A DNA stretch of 64,000 nucleotides from Thecamonas trahens ATCC 50062 (taxonomy: Eukaryota > Protista > Apusomonadida). Positions within the stretch are counted from its first letter, which is position 1, and every line of letters starts with the position of its first letter. The stretch spans positions 466,709-530,708 of the forward strand of contig NW_013657674.1 of NCBI RefSeq assembly GCF_000142905.1, read 5' to 3'. The notes below the pieces were generated by a model that was given only the letters and a program-made list of their open reading frames with translations, ran no database searches and had not been told where the DNA came from. Made by a program: the position numbers and the translations under genes. Shown in pieces: positions 55,369 through 63,893 of the stretch.

Positions 55369-55965
55369 CTACCCTGATGCCGCAGCCTGATTGGCAGCGC
55401 GGACGGCATCTAGAACCTCGTCCAGAGTGTACTCCTCCACAGGGGCGTCCTTGGAGCGGGCATCGCGGCGGGCACGCTCACGAGCATTGGCCTCTGTCGA
55501 CTTGACGACCGCAGCGGCGCGGGTGTCGACAACAGCCGGGCGGACGACGTCAACCAGACCAGCAAACGAAGCCGGCTCGGTGACGGCGAGCTCTGCGAGG
55601 ATCTTGCGGTTGAGGACGACGCCAGCGGTGTCGAGCGCGTGGACAAGCTCGCCGTAGCGGACGCCGTGCTCGCGGGCGGCGGCCGAGACGGTACGGACCC
55701 ACGACTTGCGGAACTCGCGCTTCTTTGTCCGCCGGTCACGGTACGCGTACTGCATGGCCTTGTCCAGCCGCCGCCGCGCCGCGCGGAACGTGTTCTTTGA
55801 CCGCCCGTAGTAGCCCTTGGTCATCTTGAGCACCTTGCGGTGCTTGGCCGCCGTCGTCGCCGCCGTCCGCGAGCCGCCGCCACCTCCTCCTCTCGCCGCC
55901 AATGCCATAGCTCCTGCTCCCACCACGCCAGCACGCCCTGTAGTCCATGTCACGCTGCGCAGCAT
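55369..55965 (-). CDS. MRPL20: Mitochondrial ribosomal protein bL20m
   Basis: KHRKVLKMTKGYYGRSKNTFR...AMQYAYRDRRTKKREFRKSW...LNRKILAELAVTEPASF, with a presequence-like N-terminus. Confidence 0.93.
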   Translation of the reverse strand: MLRSVTWTTGRAGVVGAGAMALAARGGGGGGSRTAATTAAKHRKVLKMTKGYYGRSKNTFRAARRRLDKAMQYAYRDRRTKKREFRKSWVRTVSAAAREHGVRYGELVHALDTAGVVLNRKILAELAVTEPASFAGLVDVVRPAVVDTRAAAVVKSTEANARERARRDARSKDAPVEEYTLDEVLDAVRAANQAAASG

Positions 55966-56181
55966 CCTCTCTCGCTATCCCTGCCTCGCAGAGTCGTGTG
56001 CTGGGTCTCAGCTCCGTCCCCTCCCCACCCTCGCTGCGCAATTGGGAGATGGAGCGTTCACGGCCTTTTGCTGACCGACAGGGTTGATCAAGACCGCCGG
56101 TCACCCCGCCCACCACCGCCCACCACGGCTGCACTGGCCATGCTGGGGCCACACCCAACTCTGTTCTCTGCTCGCATAACG

Positions 56182-56634
56182 ATGGCACTGCGCCACATTG
56201 CGTCGCTCAGCGTGCGGTTCAATCCTGCCCTGGGCAAGGAGGCCCAGATGGCACGGTACGTGCCCCAAGCTCGCCCGAGGATGATCGCCACGGCCTTTCT
56301 CGGGCCGGTCTCGGCCGGCGAGCGCATCGCCTGCAGGAGAGCCATGGCGTAGCCAACGTCACGGAAAGACTCACAGTGTGTGCGGGGGTATGTGTATGTG
56401 TATGTGTTGGAGGGACACAGGCTGCTGCTCAACCGGGTGGTGACCGACTCGGCCAAGGCGTCCAACTCAAAGTGCGCCGTGGCGGCCGAGGTGACGACCG
56501 GCGACGAGCCGGCATCGGTGGTTGTCGAGTACACCAATGGCGCCAAGGAGACGTTTGGTCCCGAGGCTGGCTCGGTTGATGACGTGCTGTATGCTATTCG
56601 CGGGACTCAGCAGCGCATTGACAACGCTGCGTAG
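56182..56634 (+). CDS. MRPL53: Mitochondrial ribosomal protein mL53; join(56182..56255,56421..56634)
   Basis: Spliced product MALRHIASLSVRFNPALGKEAQMARLLLNRV...SNSKCAVAAEV...PASVVVEYTNG (95 aa) fits the mL53 pattern. Intron GTACGT...ACACAG is phase 2. Confidence 0.8.
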
Positions 56635-56881
56635 ACGGAGGCGGGCTTGTGATGTGGCTTATCCACCCTGCTTGCTCTCGGCAGAGTGGATGTGATCGGC
56701 AGGCGATAGCCCAGAGGAGTACACGGCTGGTCGGCGATAAAGTAGCTGTGACGGACACGTACACGCACACGCACAGGCGCAAGGGGAGTGGTTGGCGAGA
56801 GCCGCGTTTACGGCGTGCGAGCAGCGCACGGGAGGCGTGCGGGCGGTGATTGGGCAGCTCTTCGGCGACTGACCGCTTCCT

Positions 56882-57561
56882 CCTTTTACAGTACAGAATG
56901 GACAAACTTGTCCATCGCGCAAGCCGCGCTCCGCGACGCTCCGCAGACGTCGCAACGTCCATCAATCGCAGTGGAAGAGTAGTACAATGTGTTAATGGCT
57001 GCCACAACAGAAAACAGTCGGCGAGGGCGCGAGCTGACGGCGTCGGCACTGGCGGCGAGGGCGCGAGCTGACGGCGTTGGCACTGGCGGCGAGGGCGTCG
57101 ATGATGTCGTAAGGAAAAGCCACACGAGCTACGGCGGGGCGTGGGATCGTGTTAGTGTAGAGCGCGTACGCAGCGTCCAGAATCCAGTACAGGATGGCGT
57201 GCCACCACTTGCGCGGCCACGCCGACCGGCAAGCTCGTCCGTCGCAAGGCGTCCTCGCGCTCTCCCGTCCGGCCGCTGTGTTCAACTCTGTCATACTCTC
57301 CTTCCCGGTCGTCGGGGTCGTCAACGGCAAGCTCCGCACCGTCCGCGCCCGCCGCTCTTCCGGATCGGTGCCGCACGGCGCCTCGCGCGTGCGACCGGGC
57401 GTCCGTCACGGCGACGTCAACTCGGGCATCCTTCAGGCGGGCGTCTGCGTGTCGGCCGCCATCACGTGCGGGCTCGCCTTCCACCGGGAAGTCAAGCATC
57501 ATCGAATTGTTCACTTTGAGACGCGCACAACAACGCGTCCGAACGAGCGTACCGTCAAGGG
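56882..57561 (-). mobile_element. Internally deleted piggyBac-like DNA transposon (non-autonomous, 680 bp)
   Basis: Imperfect TIRs: CCCTTGACGGTAC (minus strand from 57561) and CCTTTTACAGTAC (plus strand from 56882). Remnant peptide RKWWHAILYWILDAAYALY...ARVAFPYDIIDAL and GRCDVC resemble the piggyBac transposase C-terminus and Cys-rich domain. A second copy starts at 63894. Confidence 0.7.
57020..57097. repeat. 34-bp tandem duplication inside the element
   Basis: GGCGAGGGCGCGAGCTGACGGCGT(C/T)GGCACTGGC present twice plus a partial third copy. Confidence 0.9.
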
Positions 57562-60165
57562 TCAGAGGGTGACCTTGGAGGAGAGGACGGAGCCCTTGGA
57601 CTGCTTGCCATCGGGAATGTAGATGAGCTCGGCAGGCGACGACTCGGACTGGTACGGCTTGTCGACGATAAAGTAGCCGCGACGCATAAACTGGAGACGG
57701 GCGCCCTTGGGGAGGGCGGCGACGTTGGCGTCGACGACGGCGTCGGTGACAAACTTGGACGGGTCGCGGACGAGGTCAGCGACATTGTCGTTCTGGTCGA
57801 GCGAGGACTTGGTGATAATGTGGTCGTACTCGACGAGCTTGGCGGCAACCGTGTACTGCGGCTCGGCGGAGAGCCAAGTCATGCGGATCTTGGTGTCCTT
57901 CGGGTTGCCCTCGAGATGAAGGTGGCCGACGAGCGAGATGGTACCGTCGGCGGCGGTGTTGACCTCATCGATGATGGCGTTGCCCCAGGTGAGGAGGGTG
58001 ACCTCCTCGCCCGGCGAGCACCGCGCGGCATCCTCGACCTCGACGTAGACCTTGGACGAGTAGACCACGCTCTTGGTTCCAACCTCTGGGTTCTTGGGGT
58101 GCGCCGGCTTGGTCGCCACCAGGGTCGTTGCCACGTTGGTGAGGGTGAGGACCGCGCGCGAGTCGACGGGCACAGCCACGTGCCGCGGAATGACCGGATC
58201 GATGATCTTCTTGTTGATGGCCCAGAGCTTGTCCCACGAGTGAGTGTTGGTGTTGAGCGACGCGCCCTGCGAGGCGATAAACTGCCACAGAGCCTCGAGC
58301 GTCAGCCCGCGCCGCATGATGCCCTGCACGGTGGGGAACCGCGGGTCGAACCAGCCCTCGACAAGGCCCTGGTCGACAAACCACTGCAGCTTGCGCTTCG
58401 ACATGACGGTGTACTCAAAGTTGAGCCGCGAGTACTCGGCCACCAGCGGCTTGCGCAGCTCGAGCGCGTCCACCACCCAGTAGTACTGCTCGTTGCGGTC
58501 ATGGTACTCGTTGGTCCGCAGCGCGTGGGTCACGCCCTCGACCGAGTCGACAATCGGGCAGGCAAAGTCGTACGTCGGGTACGCCTTGTACTGGGTCCCG
58601 GTCCGAAGGTGCGGCGTGAGGTTGCACCGGTAGAACACAGGGTCGCGCATGCACGCGTTGTTGGCGCTCATGTCCACCTTGCCGCGCAGGCAGCACGCCA
58701 GCCCGGTCTCGTCGCCCGCCAGCATGTGTGCCCACAGCTCGAGGTTGCGCTCCACGCTGTTGCCGCGCGCCGCAGACTCGACACGGTTCATCCGCTCCTC
58801 GCGCATGACGTCCACAGGCGTGTCGTCCACGTACGCCAGGCCCTTCTTGATCATCGTCTCGGCGTAGCCCTGGATGAGCTCAAAGTGGTCCGAGGTGTGC
58901 GACATGGCGTCGCCCACAATGCCGAGCGTCGCCAGATCCGCCAGAATGTTGTCCACAAACTCGTCGCGCTCCTTCGACGGGTTGGTGTCGTCGAAACGGA
59001 TGAGCAGCTTGCCGTTGTACTGCTTAGCGTAGTGCGCGTTGAGCAGCGCAGCCTTGGAGTGCCCGATGTGCAGGTACCCAGACGGCTCCGGCGGGAACCG
59101 CGTCACGACCTGCCCGTCCACCGCATCCGGCAGCTCCATGTAGTTGGACGGCGCCGCCTCGTCGGCAGCCGCAGCCGCAGCCGCCGCCTCCTTGGCCGCT
59201 GCCGCCTCAATCCGCTTGGTCAGCGTCTTGATGAGGCCCTCGGCCCGCTTCATCGCGCCCTTGTTCTCCGGGTCGTTTGCCTGGAGCTCCGCCAGCAGCG
59301 CCTGCTGCTCGGCCAGCTGGACGTCCAGCGGCTTGTTGCTGCTCCCGCCCTTTCCACCCTTGCCGCCCTTACCGCCCTTACCGGCCTTGCCGGCCTTGGC
59401 TGCCTTCTTGGCCGCCTTGGCCGCCGCCTTCTTGCCCTTGACTCCACGCCCGTACTCGGGGATGGCGTTGAGGCCGGCAACCCACCGTGCCACAAACGGC
59501 GTGGCAGCCTTGTCCGCGTTGAGCGGGAGCCGGAACCACAGCGCAAGATCCGCCAGCGTCGGCGCGTATCCCACCATGTACGTCCGCAGCGTGAGGTGAG
59601 CATCGAGCACCACCGCAAGCTGCTCCGCGCTCGCCGCCGGCTCAAAGTCAATCCATCCGGCGACCTCAGCCTGGACTGCAGCATCATCTCCACCAAGAAG
59701 ATCCAGCGGAGCTCCTGTCTCGGTAATCATAAACCGCGTGACAGCCACCAGTCCCGTCTCCACGCCATTGTCCTGTGCAGCAGCCGTGTGTTGAAGAGGG
59801 GCGGGGGGTGGGGGGAGGGGGGAGGGGGGGGGGGGGGGGGGGAAGGAGGGGGGAGAGTGAGGGGGGGGAGGGGATGTGGGAGTATGTGCATGTGTGCGTG
59901 TGTGTGCATGTGTGTGTGTGTGTGTGCGTGTGTGTGCATGTGTGTGTGCATGTGTGTGTGCGTGTGTGTGTGCTTGGTGGTGGCAGTCGGAGCGCTCTTT
60001 GCCTCCATCCACGACCTGTCTTCGTACATGGGTGAGGGTCAGCGGGGCGTTGGCATGGGCATCGGTCTGGTTGAGAGTAATGCGAGCAGTTGTAGGGAGA
60101 ACAGCGTTGAGAACAGCGGCAACAACCTCCACGAGTGGCGACTTGGTCACAACAAACGTGGGCAT
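57562..60165 (-). CDS. Cytosolic glutamyl-tRNA synthetase with N-terminal GST-like domain; join(60165..60028,59772..57562)
   Basis: Motifs TRFPPEPSGYLHIGHSKA, RFDDTNP, YPTYDFACPIVDS, VMSKRKL and QFMRRGYF; GST-like LDAHLTLRTYMVGYAPTLADLALW. Intron GTACGA...GCACAG contains (CA)n and poly-C. No ProRS fusion. Confidence 0.95.
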   Translation of the reverse strand: MPTFVVTKSPLVEVVAAVLNAVLPTTARITLNQTDAHANAPLTLTHVRRQVVDGGKERSDCHHQAHTHAHTHAHTHAHTRTHTHTHAHTRTHAHTPTSPPPPHSPPSFPPPPPPSPLPPPPAPLQHTAAAQDNGVETGLVAVTRFMITETGAPLDLLGGDDAAVQAEVAGWIDFEPAASAEQLAVVLDAHLTLRTYMVGYAPTLADLALWFRLPLNADKAATPFVARWVAGLNAIPEYGRGVKGKKAAAKAAKKAAKAGKAGKGGKGGKGGKGGSSNKPLDVQLAEQQALLAELQANDPENKGAMKRAEGLIKTLTKRIEAAAAKEAAAAAAAADEAAPSNYMELPDAVDGQVVTRFPPEPSGYLHIGHSKAALLNAHYAKQYNGKLLIRFDDTNPSKERDEFVDNILADLATLGIVGDAMSHTSDHFELIQGYAETMIKKGLAYVDDTPVDVMREERMNRVESAARGNSVERNLELWAHMLAGDETGLACCLRGKVDMSANNACMRDPVFYRCNLTPHLRTGTQYKAYPTYDFACPIVDSVEGVTHALRTNEYHDRNEQYYWVVDALELRKPLVAEYSRLNFEYTVMSKRKLQWFVDQGLVEGWFDPRFPTVQGIMRRGLTLEALWQFIASQGASLNTNTHSWDKLWAINKKIIDPVIPRHVAVPVDSRAVLTLTNVATTLVATKPAHPKNPEVGTKSVVYSSKVYVEVEDAARCSPGEEVTLLTWGNAIIDEVNTAADGTISLVGHLHLEGNPKDTKIRMTWLSAEPQYTVAAKLVEYDHIITKSSLDQNDNVADLVRDPSKFVTDAVVDANVAALPKGARLQFMRRGYFIVDKPYQSESSPAELIYIPDGKQSKGSVLSSKVTL

Positions 60166-60462
60166 GGTGGTCCTTGGTGACGAGTGGTGCTTGTCCTTGT
60201 CCACCTCGCCTCCACGTCTCATCGGTCGGCTTTCGTGCTGCTCGTCCATCGAAGGTCGGAGAATTCGATGCCCAAGGCAGCGTCGATGCCATCGATGCCG
60301 TCGATGCCGTCGAACGTTCTTTACATAGTAAGGTACCACCACCCATGGCCACATCCTTTGGCCATCAACGACGACAGGTCTTCGGACCACGTTGCAGCCA
60401 CGATCCGGCAATGATGGACCCATGCCGGACCTCAACAACGGCGAACCCGGCGTCGCGGCAGG

Positions 60463-62559
60463 CTAAAGTTGCGACAGCACATCACACTGGCGATCGGGCC
60501 ATGTGGGTCCCATGCCGGGGTTGGCGTTGCATCCGGCGGCGGCGACGACGGCTCCGTCGGCGGTGGCAGTCGTCCACTTGCGGACGATGAACCAATCAAG
60601 CGAAATAAAGTGGGCGCCCGAGGCGAGCGCGTTGGCTAGCCGGGCGGGAGACTCCTTCTCGGCCGGGGTAAAGTCTTCGTTGACATCGCCTCGGGTCCGG
60701 ATCATCAGGCCGCGGCGGGCGGCCGAGGCAATGAGCGATCCGAACTGCGGATCGTTAAACTTGGCGTAGGCGAGGTCGTCACGCCCGTCGAGCTCGCCGT
60801 CAGTGAGGGTAAACATGACCCGGTTTTCCAGACTCGACGAGCCCGCCGCGTACGTCTCCCGCACCGCGCCCGTATCATCGAGAACAAATACAATGCGCGA
60901 GCGCATGGCGTCGAGGCTAGGCCAGCCTGCACGCGCCACAGCTTCGGTGAGCGTCGCGTACCCACCGCGCAAGTCGTCCGGCCGGAACACGCGGTTGCCC
61001 CACACGCTGAGAATCATCTCTTCGACAGCAACAAGATCATCCATGCCAACGCCAGCCATCTGCTGCACAATGTCCACGTTGAGGTCAATCTTGAGCTCGA
61101 GCTGCACAAATATCGGCGAGTGACCCTCGTGCGCCAGCGACCACTCCAGCATCTCGCGAAGGCACTCCACCAGGCAGCTACAGCTCGCTTGATCATCCCA
61201 CAGCTGAATGTGGAAGACTGCGGCGGACCTGCCTCGCATGTGAACGTCGAGCTCGAACGCGCGTGCACCGTGCGCCAGCTGGTTCGCCAACGTCTCGTGC
61301 TGATACAGCCAGTGCTCGGCGCCGGTCGAGTAGCCTGGCCAGTTGGGGAGCGGGAGGAGATGAAACGAGTTGTGGCTCCCGTGAACCATCGTCGCGTTGA
61401 GCGGAAGCCCGCCGTTGGACGTACTAAAGACAGGCAGCGGTGGATGAACCGCAATCGGACCGTGGGATGCCGGGCACCCGCGGTATAGCGCAAAGACCGG
61501 AATGATCACCCCGAGTCCGTACACAACAATTGCAGCCACAGCCAGCGCACACAAGGAACAAGCTCGCGCCCACGAGCATGACCCACGTGCTGGCATAGAC
61601 GACAATCGCGACGACGAAAGCTCCGAGGCCGACGACGCTGATGAGGTCGACGATGCTGACGAGAGCTCGACGCCGACCAGCGGCGCCTCGCCGCTGCTGG
61701 CCGCCAGGCTGCGCGAGATGGCGAAAACCATGATGAGCCCGGCAGTCATAGCTATCGTGCCCAGAATTGGGAGCACTGTCGACGACACCACTGCGCCATC
61801 AGCAGCGCGGCCAAGAACAATGCCCTGCAGCGCGGTGGCCGCCCGGATACAGACGAGGTAGCCGAGGCCGGCGTCCGCCACAGACGACGTCCTCGTCGCT
61901 CGCATCATCAACTCGACACTCGACACCAGATACCCAATATACGCCAGCGCGTACCACTGGAGCACCGAGATCGATGGGTCGAGCGCGTGGATGACCAGCC
62001 GCCGCGCGTTGACCACCGTCAGCTGGACAGCTCCGGCGGCAGCGATCCATCCTCCAGCCGGATTGATCCAAGCCCGGCCTGCAAGTGCAGCAGTTAGCGC
62101 CACCACCAGCATCACGATGCCTACCACAGCTAGTGCCAATACCTGGCTCGTCGGCTCGTTGCCGTCAAAGTAGGCGTCCAGACCGAGAGTAGCGAGCGCG
62201 CCAACGACGATGAGCGCCCGTCCCAGCTGATGAATAACTGGATGACGCGCACGATCAGAGGAGCCATCTGCACCCAGAGCACGACCAACGCGGGCAAACG
62301 CATCCTCCCATCCCCTTGGAGCCTTGCATCGAGCGAGTACTTCTTTTCCCGCCCACACGCATGCAGCGCCCGTGACTGCTGTCAGGACTGGGTACGCCAG
62401 ACCAGGGTACGGCACCACGAGGAGGGCGAGCGAGAGGCCCATGGCGAGCACAGCTGCACCTGCAACTTGGCCAGCGCCACAGCAAGCGGTAGCTGTCCAC
62501 CCTGCTGCTATGAGTAATCCCCCGGCCATGGCGGTGGAAATGAGTGTGGCTGCAGGCAT
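60463..62559 (-). CDS. Fusion: multi-pass NIPA/DMT-like membrane domain plus C-terminal bacterial-type Ca2+-dependent PI-phospholipase C-like domain
   Basis: About 9-10 hydrophobic helices, then HGSHNSFH, QLAHGARAFELDVH, CLVECLREMLEWSLAHEGHSPIFVQLELK, WPSLDAMRSRIVFVL, GLMIRTRGD and ALASGAHFISLDW in one continuous ORF. Confidence 0.8.
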   Translation of the reverse strand: MPAATLISTAMAGGLLIAAGWTATACCGAGQVAGAAVLAMGLSLALLVVPYPGLAYPVLTAVTGAACVWAGKEVLARCKAPRGWEDAFARVGRALGADGSSDRARHPVIHQLGRALIVVGALATLGLDAYFDGNEPTSQVLALAVVGIVMLVVALTAALAGRAWINPAGGWIAAAGAVQLTVVNARRLVIHALDPSISVLQWYALAYIGYLVSSVELMMRATRTSSVADAGLGYLVCIRAATALQGIVLGRAADGAVVSSTVLPILGTIAMTAGLIMVFAISRSLAASSGEAPLVGVELSSASSTSSASSASELSSSRLSSMPARGSCSWARACSLCALAVAAIVVYGLGVIIPVFALYRGCPASHGPIAVHPPLPVFSTSNGGLPLNATMVHGSHNSFHLLPLPNWPGYSTGAEHWLYQHETLANQLAHGARAFELDVHMRGRSAAVFHIQLWDDQASCSCLVECLREMLEWSLAHEGHSPIFVQLELKIDLNVDIVQQMAGVGMDDLVAVEEMILSVWGNRVFRPDDLRGGYATLTEAVARAGWPSLDAMRSRIVFVLDDTGAVRETYAAGSSSLENRVMFTLTDGELDGRDDLAYAKFNDPQFGSLIASAARRGLMIRTRGDVNEDFTPAEKESPARLANALASGAHFISLDWFIVRKWTTATADGAVVAAAGCNANPGMGPTWPDRQCDVLSQL

Positions 62560-62692
62560 GGCTACGTCGCCAGCTCTCTGGTGCAGGCACAAGTGGAGTG
62601 GTTGGCTTTTTTGACAGGTGCAGCGCCGACAATGTCACCGCGTGCGGCGTCGAGTCGGATGCGGCACACAATGGCACCATCACTCGAGCTTG

Positions 62693-63745
62693 CTACTCTG
62701 TTGATGACGAGGTGGAGATGGTCGAGGCGCTGGCGTTGGGGTTGTGCGGAAGAGCGGCGCGGAGGGAGGCCGCGGTGTTGGCGCAGGCTTCGACAACGGC
62801 GGAAATGCGGGTGGGTGCGGCGCCGATGGCGGTGAGGTCTGCGGTGAGCGAGGTCTTTCCGTGACGAGCGATGTAGCTGCGGAGCGCCTTGAGCTCGGAG
62901 ACGGTGAGCTCGTGGGCAAGGATGGTGTCGAGCTCGGGAGGGGCGGCGACAGCAGCCATGACGGTAGCGATGGCGGCTTCGGAGACGCCTGCCGCACGGA
63001 GGTCGCCCATGAGTGTACCCTTGCCATTCCGGGCGACGTGATGCACGAGCGCAGCCATTTCGTTGGCGTCAAGGACAAGCTCGAGGACCGAGGCGAGCGA
63101 GGGCGGCGGCGGCGGCGAGGGCGGCGGCGGCGGCGGGGCGGCGAGGCCGCGGGTGGCGGCGGCAATGGCGTTGTCGGCCTCGATGCGGGCGAGGCGGACC
63201 CTGCTCATGATGGGCTCGATGTCTTCGGCCGAGACGACGCCGGCGGAGAACAGATCGGCCGGCAGCGAGGTCTTGCCCTTGGTGAAGATGTGGGTCTGAA
63301 AGACTGCCCAGGCCTCGGGGCCGAGGGCGCTCTCGAGCTCCTTGCGGACGCGGAACATGTACTTTGTGTTTTCGATCTCGACCAGGATGTTGCGGATGGT
63401 GCCCGGAGCCACGCCAGCGGCGGCCAGATCGTTGCCCAGCGATGACTTGCCGCCAGCGACGACGGCCTCGAACCGCAGTCGCTCGGCCTCTGTGATGTGG
63501 CGCTCGACAATGAGGCCGACAGTTCGCGGGCGCGACTCGAGCTCGTATACCACCCTTTGGATGGCATCGTCCGAGATACCAGCCGCCACCAAGTCGGCGA
63601 TGAGGGTGGTGACCCCGTGGCGGATGACGTGCCGCTCAAAGGCTGCCACCTCACCAGCGCTCAGCGCGTTGGCAAGCACCGCACGGGCGTCAAACACATG
63701 CTCCTTCCGTCGTGGTGGCGGCGTGGACGACGAAGACCCACGCAT
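62693..63745 (-). CDS. Protein built from five copies of an unrecognised ~55-aa helical repeat
   Basis: Repeated core RHGVTTLIADLVAAG / AGGKSSLGNDLAAAG / TKGKTSLPADLFSAG / RNGKGTLMGDLRAAG / RHGKTSLTADLTAIG. Confidence 0.8.
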   Translation of the reverse strand: MRGSSSSTPPPRRKEHVFDARAVLANALSAGEVAAFERHVIRHGVTTLIADLVAAGISDDAIQRVVYELESRPRTVGLIVERHITEAERLRFEAVVAGGKSSLGNDLAAAGVAPGTIRNILVEIENTKYMFRVRKELESALGPEAWAVFQTHIFTKGKTSLPADLFSAGVVSAEDIEPIMSRVRLARIEADNAIAAATRGLAAPPPPPPSPPPPPSLASVLELVLDANEMAALVHHVARNGKGTLMGDLRAAGVSEAAIATVMAAVAAPPELDTILAHELTVSELKALRSYIARHGKTSLTADLTAIGAAPTRISAVVEACANTAASLRAALPHNPNASASTISTSSSTE

Positions 63746-63893
63746 TGCTCCGTCTCGGGGGGAGGAGAGGAGAGGGAGCAAGAGTGAGAGAGGTAGCCCC
63801 ACCCGCGACCGGCGTCCCCCTGCTCGGTGGCGGCCTCTACCGCGAGCATTCGAAGCTCACTACGATGCTTGACTTCAAGCTCTGATCGTTCAT

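Noticed and set aside
57820-60180. Long antisense ORFs (786 aa here; also 4055..5962, 17836..18855, 44884..46521 and many others)
   Set aside because: They are expected shadows of GC-rich codon usage opposite well-supported genes and contain no recognisable motifs.
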